Shown in pieces: positions 1 to 10,600 of a stretch of 64,000 nt of DNA. Numbering within the stretch: position 1 is the stretch's first letter; each line of letters starts with the position of its first letter. The position numbers and the translations under genes were made by a program. Under the pieces are notes generated by a model, which was not told where the DNA came from, did not search any database, and saw only the letters and a list, made by a program, of their open reading frames with translations. Source of the DNA: Lama guanicoe (lineage: Eukaryota); NCBI GenBank assembly GCA_013239625.1, contig MU053911.1:819590-883589 (forward strand), in the 5' to 3' direction.

Positions 1-1153
1 GCATTTCAGACCCATAACAACCAACGACAGCTTGGAGGGAAGAGCATTGCTCACTGCGGGTCAGCCGACCTACACGTGCTCCCTGGTCTGGGGGACACAG
101 GGATGGACAGTCCGCCCCCGGCACCCACAGTGGCTGAAACCAGGGCCCCCCGGCACTCCCGTCTTCCCTATCGGGGTGGCCATCCTTCCCTGGCCGTGTG
201 AAAAGCCATCCGGCTCCTCGGCCATCCCCGTCGGGAGCTGGCCGGTGCATTTCCTGGCGATCAGAAAGCGAGCTGTTGCGTCTGCAAGCCTGCCCACCTG
301 TCCCGCGTCTCGGTCTCCAAACAGCTGGCGAAAGCCAATATCGCCCGAGCGCTGGCCCTGCCGCGGAGGCGGACGTGGGGGATTAGACACGCGATGTTCC
401 CGCGCGCTCTGACTTGGCAAGCTCAGCGTGACAAGTCGCACACCATTCTGAGCAGAACCACAAAGCCTGCGGTTTTGATTACATGAGATGCCGCTGGTTT
501 TTTTTTAAAGGAGCTATTCTTCAGCAACATGTGGCATCCGACTCTGGACTCGGGATGGGGTCCCACGGACCCGCCCGGGGTCTGCTGGGTCCACTCCCAC
601 GTCTCTGAGCTGAATCCCATCCTGGGCCAGACCAGCCCTCCCAGCAGCGGGGAGCCCGAGCGGGGGTCTTCCCAGACAAGACCCAGCAGGGCTAAGGCTT
701 CCCCAGGCAGAGGAAAGCAGACGACTGCCCCTCGTCACTGGCTCTGTTCATCTGGAAGGTGACTATTTGACACGTTGCTGTCTCTGCTGTAAATAAGCCC
801 ACTGATGCGAGCCTTCAGGTGTGGCTTTCCTGTCAAGTATCAGGCGTCACTTTGATATAATAAATTTAAGACTCCAGACCTGGTCGGGACGCTCCATCAG
901 AAGAGCTGCGCTGATTCCGGTGAGCAGCCTGGCAGGACCGGCACCGTGGCTTTGAAGAGAAAAGGGGCTGCACAAATCAATACCCGAGTCTGGGTTTATT
1001 CATCATGATTTTCAGGGTCCTTGCAAGGGATAAGCAAACGGCAGGGGACAGACATACGAAGACTTTTTTAATCACTTTTTTATCACTGAAGTGTTGAACC
1101 GCTCTCTGGTAAGATCCACTTATCTAAATATGTTATAAATATTCCTAATGGGT

Positions 1154-1302
1154 GGGGGAGGGTGTAGCTCAGCGGCAGAGCACGCGCTTAGCATGCACGA
1201 GGTCCTGAGTTCAATCCCCAGCACCTTCATCAAAAAATAACTAAACAAATGAGCCAAATTACTCCCCCCAAGAAAAAGGTTTTTTTATTTTAAATAAATA
1301 AA
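1154..1302 (+). mobile_element. tRNA-Ala-derived SINE (camelid vic-1-like), copy 1 of tandem pair
   Basis: GGGGAGGGTGTAGCTCAGCGGCAGAGCACGCGCTTAGCATGCACGAGGTCCTGAGTTCAATCCCCAGCACC: tRNA-Ala(AGC)-like head with Pol III A/B boxes, then AT-rich body, C-run and A-rich tail. Confidence 0.9.
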
Positions 1303-1315
1303 AAATATTCCAGGA

Positions 1316-1485
1316 GGGGAGGGTGTAGTTCAGAGGTAGAGCACATGCTTAGCATGCACATGGTCCTGGGTTCCATCCCCAGCATCTCCATTTAAAAAAA
1401 AATTAAATAAATGAACCTTTATTACCTCCGACCCCCTCCCCAAGAAAACTAAACTAATAAAAAAAACTTATAAAAAATATTTATT
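1316..1485 (+). mobile_element. tRNA-Ala-derived SINE (vic-1-like), copy 2 of tandem pair
   Basis: Same head (GGGGAGGGTGTAGTTCAGAGGTAGAGCACATGCTTAGCATGCAC...); AAATATTCC repeated at 1137, 1303 and 1487. Confidence 0.9.
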
Positions 1486-2440
1486 TAAATATTCCTACCT
1501 ACTTTTTCTCCACCCACCCATCACTCCCTACCACCCTTAGATTCATGTTGTGGCATCTTTATACTACGCTGAGCAAAACCTGCATGCCAGAAAGGACCGG
1601 TTATTGCACACAGATGTGCGGTGGAGTCAGTGTGATCTGTTCCCACTGGATCCTGCACCCGATCTCTGAGGGGGGATACTCGGGCACTGTCTCTTTTGCC
1701 CTTGATGCCTCGGCTTCCATGGAATTTTCCTCAGCATCAACAGGCCCACAAACATCTGAGTCCCTAACGCTTTTGTTGTATAACCCTAACACCGTGGAGA
1801 AAACACAAAAGCAGCTCTCAGCAGACGACACGCTGGACGGCCCGAGCGTGTGCTGGAAGAGCAAATAGGCGGATGAGCCGGGGCAGACAGGGCACGCATC
1901 ATCACCCCGTCTGCGTCTGCGGTCTCCTCATGGGGGCGGCTGTCTGTTTTCGGGGGCTACCATCTCCGTATTCCGAACCACTTACAGAACAGACAGGGGC
2001 GGGAATGTGAGGGTCAAAGCAATGCCTCCATTGCTGAGAAAGGCTGGAGAACGTGCCCTTGGTCCTAACACGAAAGCCCGAAATGAGACGAAACTGCCCA
2101 TCACAGACACAGTGGGCACCCTCAGGACCTTATGTGGAAGTTGTGCCCAGGAAGCTTTTCCAGCATACATTTAACAAATCTTAAACTTTCACAGCATCTT
2201 AAGACTGTTCACACACTTAGTAAACTTCCCAGAACTTTCAATTTACAAGCACAGTTATATCAACTATATCTTGAATTTGAGCACGAGGCTTATTTGTTCC
2301 AAACCCTGATTCAGCCATTATTTAAACTGCCCAAATACACATGATTCCTGTGTGGGATATTGTGGGCCAGACTTACTTCGTCATTTCTACGGTTCTTCTC
2401 ATCATTGCCAAGGATAAAAGACACCAGCCACTGAAGGTGC

Positions 2441-2778
2441 TGCTGTGGTCTGAATGTCTGTGTCCTCCTGAACTCGTATGTCGAGAACTAACACTCCATG
2501 TGAGGCACCAGGAGGTGGGGCATTTGGGTGATTAGGTCACGAGGGTGGAGCCCCCGGGATGGGATTGGCGCCCTTACCTTAGGGGCCTGAGAAAGCTCCC
2601 TGGTCCCGTCCACCATGTGAGGACACAGTGAGAGCCAGTGAGGGCCGGGCCAGAGCCTGACCTGCTGGCACCCCAGTCCTGGATGTCCAGCCTCCACAAC
2701 ATGAGAAATAAATTTCTGTTGTCTATCAGCCACCCAATCTGTGGTCTTTTGTTACAGCAGCCTGGCTGGACCAAGATG
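2441..2778 (+). mobile_element. MLT1A-type MaLR solo LTR
   Basis: Starts TGCTGTGGTCTGAATGTCTGTGTCC; 3' part ATGAGAAATAAATTTCTGTTGTCTATCAGCCACCCAATCTGTGG resembles the recalled MLT1A consensus. Confidence 0.8.
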
Positions 2779-3589
2779 GAGACATTTATTTTGTCCCAGG
2801 TAACTGGAGGTTTCCAGCTTGTGGACCAAGAATAAATATTAACCAGAGACATTGGGCTGAGAGGTAGGAGTAGAACCTTGACCAAGAGGATGATGGCACA
2901 GGCTGAATCTCTGTCGGTCACTATGACACAAGTCTGTGCCCTACAGAGAGGTGGACCTCCCAGTCCACTACTTACTCTACATAGAATTCCACATGCTCAG
3001 TTCTTCCCTCTGATCTGACCCTGCCCCCCCCACCCCAGCTGGGGACGGAGCTTCCTTCCCTGCCTGCAGGGATTTGGGAGGTCTGCTGGTTGGGTCGGTT
3101 TGGGTTCATCGCCCTCACATGACCTCCTGATGTCTGTGTGATTCTAGAGACCCTTTTAATGGCATTTCATTCGATGCCTTGGACTCTAATGTATTTCTTT
3201 CATAATTTCTACCACCTGATTTGAGTAGATCGGATTAAATAACCATTTTTCCTTTCATTTTTCTCTTACCCTGCCAAAGCTGTAACTCTTCAGGCTATGG
3301 ACACGACGCCAGCCGGGTTCTGCACTCTGTGAAACCCTGTAGTCCTCACAGGAAAGCCGCGCGAATGCCCGCACACACGGAAAGGACATCTAACACGCCG
3401 GCTGCAGCCTTCCCCCGGATTCTGCTGCCCTCATTTTACCCTCATGCCGTAGAGGCAACCTGCTCTGCGTTGTCCTGGAAACTGGAACACAGCCTCCCGG
3501 AGGGCAGGGGACCCTGCCACCTGCTCCCAGCGACGCCTGTGCGTGGCAGGGAGCAGGCCCTCAATGAGACACAAGTGTGTGACTGCAAG

Positions 3590-4192
3590 CTGGGCTGGCT
3601 CATGATTTGTGGGATCCTGGGTAAGATGAAGATACAAGGCTTTTTGTTCAAAAATTATGAAGACTTTCAAGACAGTAACCCTAAGTGAAGCACCCAGAAA
3701 GGGAAAGGAAAAAACCCTATGGTATCATTCATATATGGAATCTAAAAAAAAGGAAAAGAAAGAAGACGACACTAATGAACTCATCTCCAAAACAGAAACA
3801 GACTGGCAGACATAGTAAACAATCTCATGGTTACGGGGGGAAAAGGGGATCGGCAGGGATAAATTGGGGGGGTCGAGACTGGCAAATGTTAACTCCTATA
3901 TATCAAAAAGTAGAAAAAACAATTTTTGTCTGTAGAGCACAGGAAACTATTCAATGTCTTGTAATAACCTTTAATGAAAAAGAGTATAAAAATGAATGCG
4001 TGCAAGTATACGCATGGCTGGACATCGCTGTACACCAGGAACTGACCCGCTGTAACTGGCTGTTCTTTGGTAATAAATGAAGACACATATAAGTAAATAA
4101 GACAGTAACAGCGGAGTGTTAAACCAAGCCTGGCCCCACCTCCGCACAGGACACTGTGACAGGGCAGGCCACACACCCGTCAGCTGGCCCTG
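3590..4192 (+). mobile_element. MER45A-like hAT DNA transposon fossil, split by an L1 insertion
   Basis: Left half 3590-3679 (CTGGGCTGGCTCATGATTTGTGGG...TTGTTCAAAAATTATGAAGACTTTCAAGACAGTAAC) and right half 4099-4192 (...TTAAACCAAGC...CAGCTGGCCCTG) join into the recalled MER45A consensus; imperfect terminal inverted repeats. Confidence 0.7.
3680..4098 (+). mobile_element. 5'-truncated LINE-1 3' end with 11-bp TSD
   Basis: L1 3' UTR motifs (ATGAACTCATCTCCAAAACAGAAACAGAC, TTGTAATAACCTTTAATGAAAAAGA); flanked by AAGACAGTAAC at 3669-3679 and 4099-4109; similar to copies at 6960-7390 and 29537-30350. Confidence 0.9.
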
Positions 4193-5039
4193 GAGATGAG
4201 TGTAGGCACACACGCTAAGTGGCACACGGCACACGGGGTCCTGGTCCCATGTGTGTGTCCATCTGACCCCCTTGGTCATAAACCCTTCGTGAGCACGGTT
4301 AGCGTGGTCTTCCTGCTGGTGCGTCAAGTCTGTGTGTCACTGGGGTGTCACCAGACAGCACCACGTGGGCGCTGAGCACCCCAGGGCCCGGCAACAAGCA
4401 AACCAACGCTCGCCGAGCACAAGGAAACGCTGGCGGGGAATGAACGCCCTGACCCCGAACAGAGCATTTCAAGTGCAGGTCACCGTTTCACCCCCTGTGC
4501 CGTCATGGACAGACCACCGGCGTTGCTAGAGGCGCTCAGTACGTTCGGCATTTATGTCTTCCCGGGGGGACCCTTGAGTCTGGAGTGGCATCCCAGCCTC
4601 TGTTAAAGAGTCGCCGCCTCATGCTTAGAACGCCTGTGTGTCTGCAGCAGCACTCCGTCCCAGCGAGCGTGAGGCACAGCGCTGCCCGGGGCACATCCTG
4701 GGACGCAGGCACACCCAACCCCGACCGAAGCTGCAGAAACAGGTCAGCCGCTAAAGGAGGCACGTGAGGTGACCAGCCACGTGAGCTCTCGGTGAGCACA
4801 TGCCACGGAGAATTGGAGGGCACGCTTTTGCAGGCGAGGTGTTTGTACCGGCTGCTTCTGGCTCACGCCTTGTCCATGATTTGGCTGGAGGAGAGTCATG
4901 AGCAAGTCAAGGAGAAACAAGACTGCTGCTGATGCTTTGCTTTGCTGTTAAACACAGGGCTTAGTAAGATTTTTCTATGAAAATCGCAGCTTCTCAATCC
5001 CTAGAAGACCGGGGAGCACTTAACTGCAATCAGTGAGGA

Positions 5040-5740
5040 AGTTTAAACCAGGCCGTGAGGATGCACCCCCGGCAGGGGCAGCGGCGCTCCTCCCCGGGCA
5101 GGAGGGGGCCTCACGTCACCGCGGGCGATCCGGTGACAGCGAGGTCACCGAGGGGCGGGGACAGAGGCAGGCAGACAGTGAAGGCAGGAGAGCGGGCGCT
5201 GCAGGCGCTCACACCGAGCACAACGCTCTGGCTGGAAACCGGGCGCGCTCCGCGCCGGTCAGGACATGAGTCAGACTCGCAGTCAGCCATCCGACCGGCC
5301 GCCCGAGGCCGCTGAGCTCCGGGGAAAGCGTGACCACACGTGCTCCCCGTGGGTTCTAGGCCCTCCCCTGCCGTCCCCCAACGTGCCCGAGTCCGACGTC
5401 TGAGCGGGGACAGCGGAGCAAGCGGCTGCCACAGCTGGCCGGGCCGAGGTGCCGGAGACTCTAGCGGCGGCGGGAGCACTCAGCCGGCGCCCCTCTGGGG
5501 CTGAGCGCGGAGCAGCGCGGGGAGGAGCAGCCTCTGGAGGCACCCCCGCGGGGTAAGGCGGAGCCCGAGGAGCCGCTCAAGCCCTCGAACGCGACCCTGC
5601 ACCCAGAGCCAGGCAGAGCCACAGGCCCAGCACCGCAGCCGCAGGAGAGGCGGGGAGGAACTCGCAGGAGCCCCATGAAGGGGACAGCAGCAGCCCAGAG
5701 GCCCAGGGACATGGAGGGGGGACACGCCGCCCCCAAGCAT
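5040..5740. promoter_or_regulatory. CpG-rich segment, possible promoter/enhancer
   Basis: Dense CpG; GC box GGGGCGGGG near 5152, TCACGTCA near 5111, AP-1 TGAGTCA near 5267; no gene assigned. Confidence 0.5.
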
Positions 5741-6959
5741 CGGTCTCTCTGTTTCCTCCCCTGATGGATGGGCAGCTGGGCGTCTGCTGGCAACTACAAT
5801 GGGGTGTTCAGTTAGGTTTTTCCTCTGACAGTACAGTGTTTACCTAAAACACAGTAGGAAAAAAACGTTCCCTCCAGCTTATGGGAGAAAACGGCCCTAA
5901 ATATTTGGCAAATTCTGAAAAAAATTAACACGTTTTTCGAAATGAAGACTCTGTCTGCAAAATGAAGACAAGTTCTAACAGGTCTTTCAGAACAAAATGG
6001 AAATCAACGTACACAAAGAATTCAGCTCACAGAGTTTTGAGAAAAAAAATTAAAGACTCAAAGTAACATGACACAGAGAAATGTTTGGCAACAGAAGGAA
6101 ACACGAAGCACTTTGTTTCTCACAGCCCAGCCCCAGGCAGGACATGCGCGTCAGGGCGATAAATTAGGGTAACCCAAGAAGGGGGTGTGTGTCCACCTGA
6201 CGTCTGCATCAGTAGGACCGACACTAGACGCAAATTACCCACCTGTAGCTCGCAAAGACTAGCTGGGGAGAAGGTCAGAGTCCCCGTGGAGTGAAAGAAG
6301 TGTCATCTGAAAACGGGGGGACAGCAGGCAGAGCGCGGGGCCCCTGCGCCCACTGCGGGCGCCTTCCGTCCCCTGCACGCCCGCTCCTGAGCCCACCTGC
6401 CGGGCGGCAGCAGAGGGGCTGCTGGTGGCGCCCCAGCCCGTCTCTTCTGGGGGAAGGGGGCTTTGGGGGGTTCAGAAGAAAGCAAGTCCTGAGCTTCCTG
6501 GCCTAATGAGACTGCAAGTCACTCAACATTTACCCATGATTCGTTCTGTTAACTTTCCCTGAATAAGGGATTTCCATGCCGGCCACAGCTGGCTGTTCGC
6601 CCACCGAAGGATGCCTCTACGTTCACTCGATAAAGCACTGTGATCCAAAACCAAGTCAACGCACGTCCGTGTCCACAGTTCTCAGCCTGGGAAGTCCTTG
6701 CTGCGCTCGGCGCAGGGCCCCTGACCGGCCCAGAGCAGTGCGCGCCCGCAGTCAGGGCTGAAGGGAGCAGGAGGCTCCCAGCGCTGGTGGCTACGGGAGT
6801 GTCTCCCTCCACCCAGCCCCGGCCCCTCCTGGCCTCCCCGGGACCCCAGCCTCCCCACCTAGTAACCCTCCTCCCGGCCCGCGCCCCTTGCTGGGTTCTT
6901 TTCTGGGTCTTGGAGAGATGGCCAAAGTGTGATGCTCAAAACACCATTTTATTATGGTC

Positions 6960-7390
6960 TTTTTTAATACATATATTCTTTTTCATTAAAGGCTGTTACA
7001 AGATACTGAATAGGGTTTCCTGAGCTCTACAGAAGAAGTTTGTTTTTCACATGTTGTTATGTATGGTGGCTGACATTTGCAAATCTCAGACTCCCACATT
7101 TATCCCTCCCACCCCCTTTCCCCAGGAACATTACGGCTGTTTACTATGTCTGCCCGTCTGCCTCTGCTTTGTAGATGAGTTCATTAGCGTCCTCCTTTTT
7201 CTTTCTTTTTCTTTCTTTTTTTTTCTTTTTTAGATGCCACTATGAGTGATATCATTTGGTATTTTTCTTCCTCCTTCTGATTTACTTCACTTAGAATGAT
7301 GATCTCCAGGTCTGTCCCCGTTGCTGCAAATGGCATTATTTTATTCTCTTTTATCGCTGAGTAGTACCCCACTGTATAAATATACCACAT
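6960..7390 (-). mobile_element. LINE-1 3' fragment (ORF2 end + 3' UTR)
   Basis: Minus ORF MWYIYTVGYYSAIKENKIMPFAATGTDLEIIILSEVNQKE resembles the L1 ORF2p C-terminus; 3' UTR like 3680-4098. Confidence 0.9.
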
Positions 7391-8077
7391 ATTGTATGTG
7401 GTTGGAATACGCCATATTTTGCTGGTAGTCTTTCTTAATTAAAAAATAATTAAGAACTTATCACTTATTCATTCAATGCTTTTCATTATTTTTAAATTTT
7501 AAATTCATAGAACATAGTAGACTCATTTAGTGCATTTTTAAGGTATGATTACAGGATCTCAGTTTTAGCAAAAGATGTGATGGTTCATTTTTGTAAATGT
7601 CTGGCTTTGTAAAATTAGAGTTTGACTCTGAATTGCCTTGAGTCTTTGAGGATCAGCAGGTACAAATCCAGGGACCACTGTAAAGGCAACATGATCACTG
7701 CTCTGCTGAAGCCCAGGTCTCTTTCTCCCCCCACCACTCACAGAGGTGCTTATGAGACACTCACATGGGCCTGGCCCTTCGGGCTCTGTCCAGTCCTCTT
7801 GTGCTGTAACTGAGGAAGGAACCTCATCAGCTGACTCATTGAGTTAATGGTAGAAACAAGGCTCTACTCGGGTCTTCTGACTCCAAGACCAGTGCTCTGT
7901 CCACCTGTGTGTGGAGTTCTCACCATCTGCAGGAAAACAGCAGGCTCTCTAGTTTCCTGTGTAATGGGGATACTAGTGTGAAGGGTAGCCAGATCACCAC
8001 CCGGAGACTGGCCGGAAGAGGTCAAGGAACAGGTCAGTGAATTTAATTCAAGAGGGAGCCTGAGTAAAGCTAAGCAG

Positions 8078-8441
8078 GGCACGCACACGTACACATGTAG
8101 ACACAAGCACACAGCTGCATGCATATGTGCACACGCTCACACATACACACAACACACATAATGCATGCACATGCTCACACACACAACACACATACATACA
8201 TGCACATGCTCACACACACAACACATGCATGCACACAAACACATGTTCACACAAAACACATACATGCATGCACGCAAACACAAAAACCTATGCAATACAA
8301 ACGCATGTACCATGTACACACAAACACATGCACACATACGTGCACAGAGACACATACTCCTACTCGCACGCCTACACAAATGTACATGAGCACATACATG
8401 TGCAAGTATACACACCTGCATAGACATGCACACACACACGC
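8078..8441. repeat. Long degenerate (CA)n/(CATG/CACG) low-complexity tract
   Basis: About 360 bp of mostly alternating purine-pyrimidine sequence. Confidence 0.95.
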
Positions 8442-8469
8442 AGTAGTGGCTAGCATAGATGGCTAACGT

Positions 8470-9780
8470 GCTCAAGGATGGGACAAGGAAATGGGACAAT
8501 ATCCCATGCTCCTGGATTGTAAGAATCAGTACTGTTAAAATGGCCACACCACACAAAGCAATCTACAGACTTAATGTGATCCCTGTCAAAATACCCAGGA
8601 CATTTTTCACAGAACAAAAACAAATAACCCTAAAATTCATATGGAATCACAAAAGACCCCAAACTGCCAGAGCAATCTTGAGAAAAAAAAGAGAAAATTG
8701 GAGGTGTCACCCTCCCACACGCCAGACAACACTACAGAGCTACAGGAATCAAAACAGCATGGGCTGGCACAGAAACAGACACACAGACCAAAGGAACAGG
8801 AGAGAAGGTCCGCAAGTAAACCCACGCAGCTGCAGTCAATTCATCTTCCAAAGGAGGCAAGAACATACAACGGAGAAAAGACAGTCTCCTCAGTACGTGG
8901 CGCTGGGGGGACAGGGCGGCTCCAAGGGCAAGAGGGAAGCTGGAGCATCCTCCAACACCATGCACAAAACAGACTGATGGCCTGAAGGTAAGACCGCACA
9001 CCTCAAAGCTGGAAGAGAACAGACACAGAACACTCTACAGAAACAGCAGCAGTGCTTTTTGGCTTTGTCTCCTAAAGCAAAAGGAATAAAAATAAAAATA
9101 AATAAGTAGGACCTAGTTAAACTTAAAGCCTTTCGCACAGCGAAGGAGACCACTGACAAAACGGAAAAACAACCTACGAGACAGAAGAAGACACTTGCAA
9201 ATGATACAATCCACAAGACAGCATCCGAAACAGATGGACCGCTTGTACAACTCAGTATAAAAAAGTCAAAAAACCCAACAGCCCGATTGAAAATGGTCAG
9301 AATAAACCTGAATGAACATTTTTCCAAAGATGATGTGTATAAAACACACACACACACGCACGCACACCATGGAACACCAATCAGCCATAAAAAAGAATAA
9401 AATTCTGCCATTTGCAGCAACATGGATGGACCTGGAGAGTATTACGCTTAGTGAAAGAGGTCAGACAGAGAGAGGCAAATACTGTATGAGGAATCTAAAA
9501 CATAATACAAACTGATGTGTATTCAAAACAGAAACAGACTCACAGCTACAGAGAGCAAACTGTGGTTACCAAAGGTGGGGGGAGCAGAAGACGGGGCGTG
9601 GGACCAGAGACACACCCTGCTGCGTATAAAGTAGACGAACAGCAAGGACCTGCTGCGCAGCACGGGGGATTACAGTGACGATCCTGCAATAGCTTCTAAT
9701 GGAATGCAGTCTGCAAAAATCCTGAATCACTAGGCTGTACACCTGAAACATATAATACAGTAACTCAGCCATCCTTCAGT
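8470..9780 (+). mobile_element. 5'-truncated LINE-1 (ORF2 3' part + 3' UTR), decayed, with internal deletion
   Basis: Translation [64 protein letters not shown] and later SAIKKNKILPFAATWMDLESITLSE are recognisable L1 ORF2p segments; frameshifted. Confidence 0.92.
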
Positions 9781-10434
9781 GAGAAACACAGAACGTTCAA
9801 GGACGCAGCATTAGAAGGGTGGTGTTACTGAATGTGTTTGCGGTGCCCCTGGTTCCTGTAAACACAGAGGACACCTTGTGCCCTCGTGACTTTCTGTTGT
9901 GCGGTCTAACCTGCACGTTACAAACATTTTGTCTTCTCTCTAAACTTCCACCTGCGCTGAAATCAGGCAGCCAGGCCCCGCCTCCTAAGCGCCTACAAAG
10001 CTTTGAAAGGAAAGCTTCACAGTTTGTAAAGAAAGACTAAATGACTTCTCCCTGCACTCTGTAAGGTCTCCTGGTCTGGGGGAGACCGAAGCTGCAGAGA
10101 CGCCTGGAAGCCGTCACCGCCGGAGGCGGGAGCTGCACCGGGAAGCTGGGAGGGAGAGGAGGCCGCGTCAGCTTCCTTTCAACGGGCTTCCGAGAATGTC
10201 GCCACTGCCGCCAGGCCCCTCCGCTCGGCGCCGTCCCCTCTTGACTGTGTGACTCTGTTTAGTGAGCACAAGTTAGCCACAATCACACCAGCGTGCTCAT
10301 CTGGAACTTGAGATTCCTGGAAGAAAAGTGATGCCTAGTAGCTTCCACGTGACTTAAATCGTTGCATTTCTCTCAGAGCACTGATGGCAGAGGAAATTTT
10401 TCTCCTGCTCCGTCTGGACGGCACGTCAGAGACA

Positions 10435-10600
10435 TATGCTTTGGAATCAGGCCAGTGTGGCTTCAAACCCCAGGGCGGCCACTTGTTAGTGGTGAGAACG
10501 GGGACGAACAATTTCCCTGCCCTGAGCCCCAGCTTCCTCACTTTCTGAGCGAGGACAACACTTCATGCCCTCCCAGGTGCATTGGAAGTGACTCGGCTCA
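10435..10600 (+). mobile_element. MIR SINE remnant
   Basis: GCTTTGGAATCAGGCCAGTGTGGCTTCAAACCCCAG...CCTGAGCCCCAGCTTCCTCACTTTCTG resembles the MIR core. Confidence 0.6.

Noticed and set aside
8119..8556. His/Thr-rich and Cys/Val-rich ORFs
   Set aside because: Translations of the CA/TG low-complexity tract
8459..8977. 172-aa ORF with real protein similarity
   Set aside because: Frameshifted LINE-1 ORF2 fragment, not a host gene
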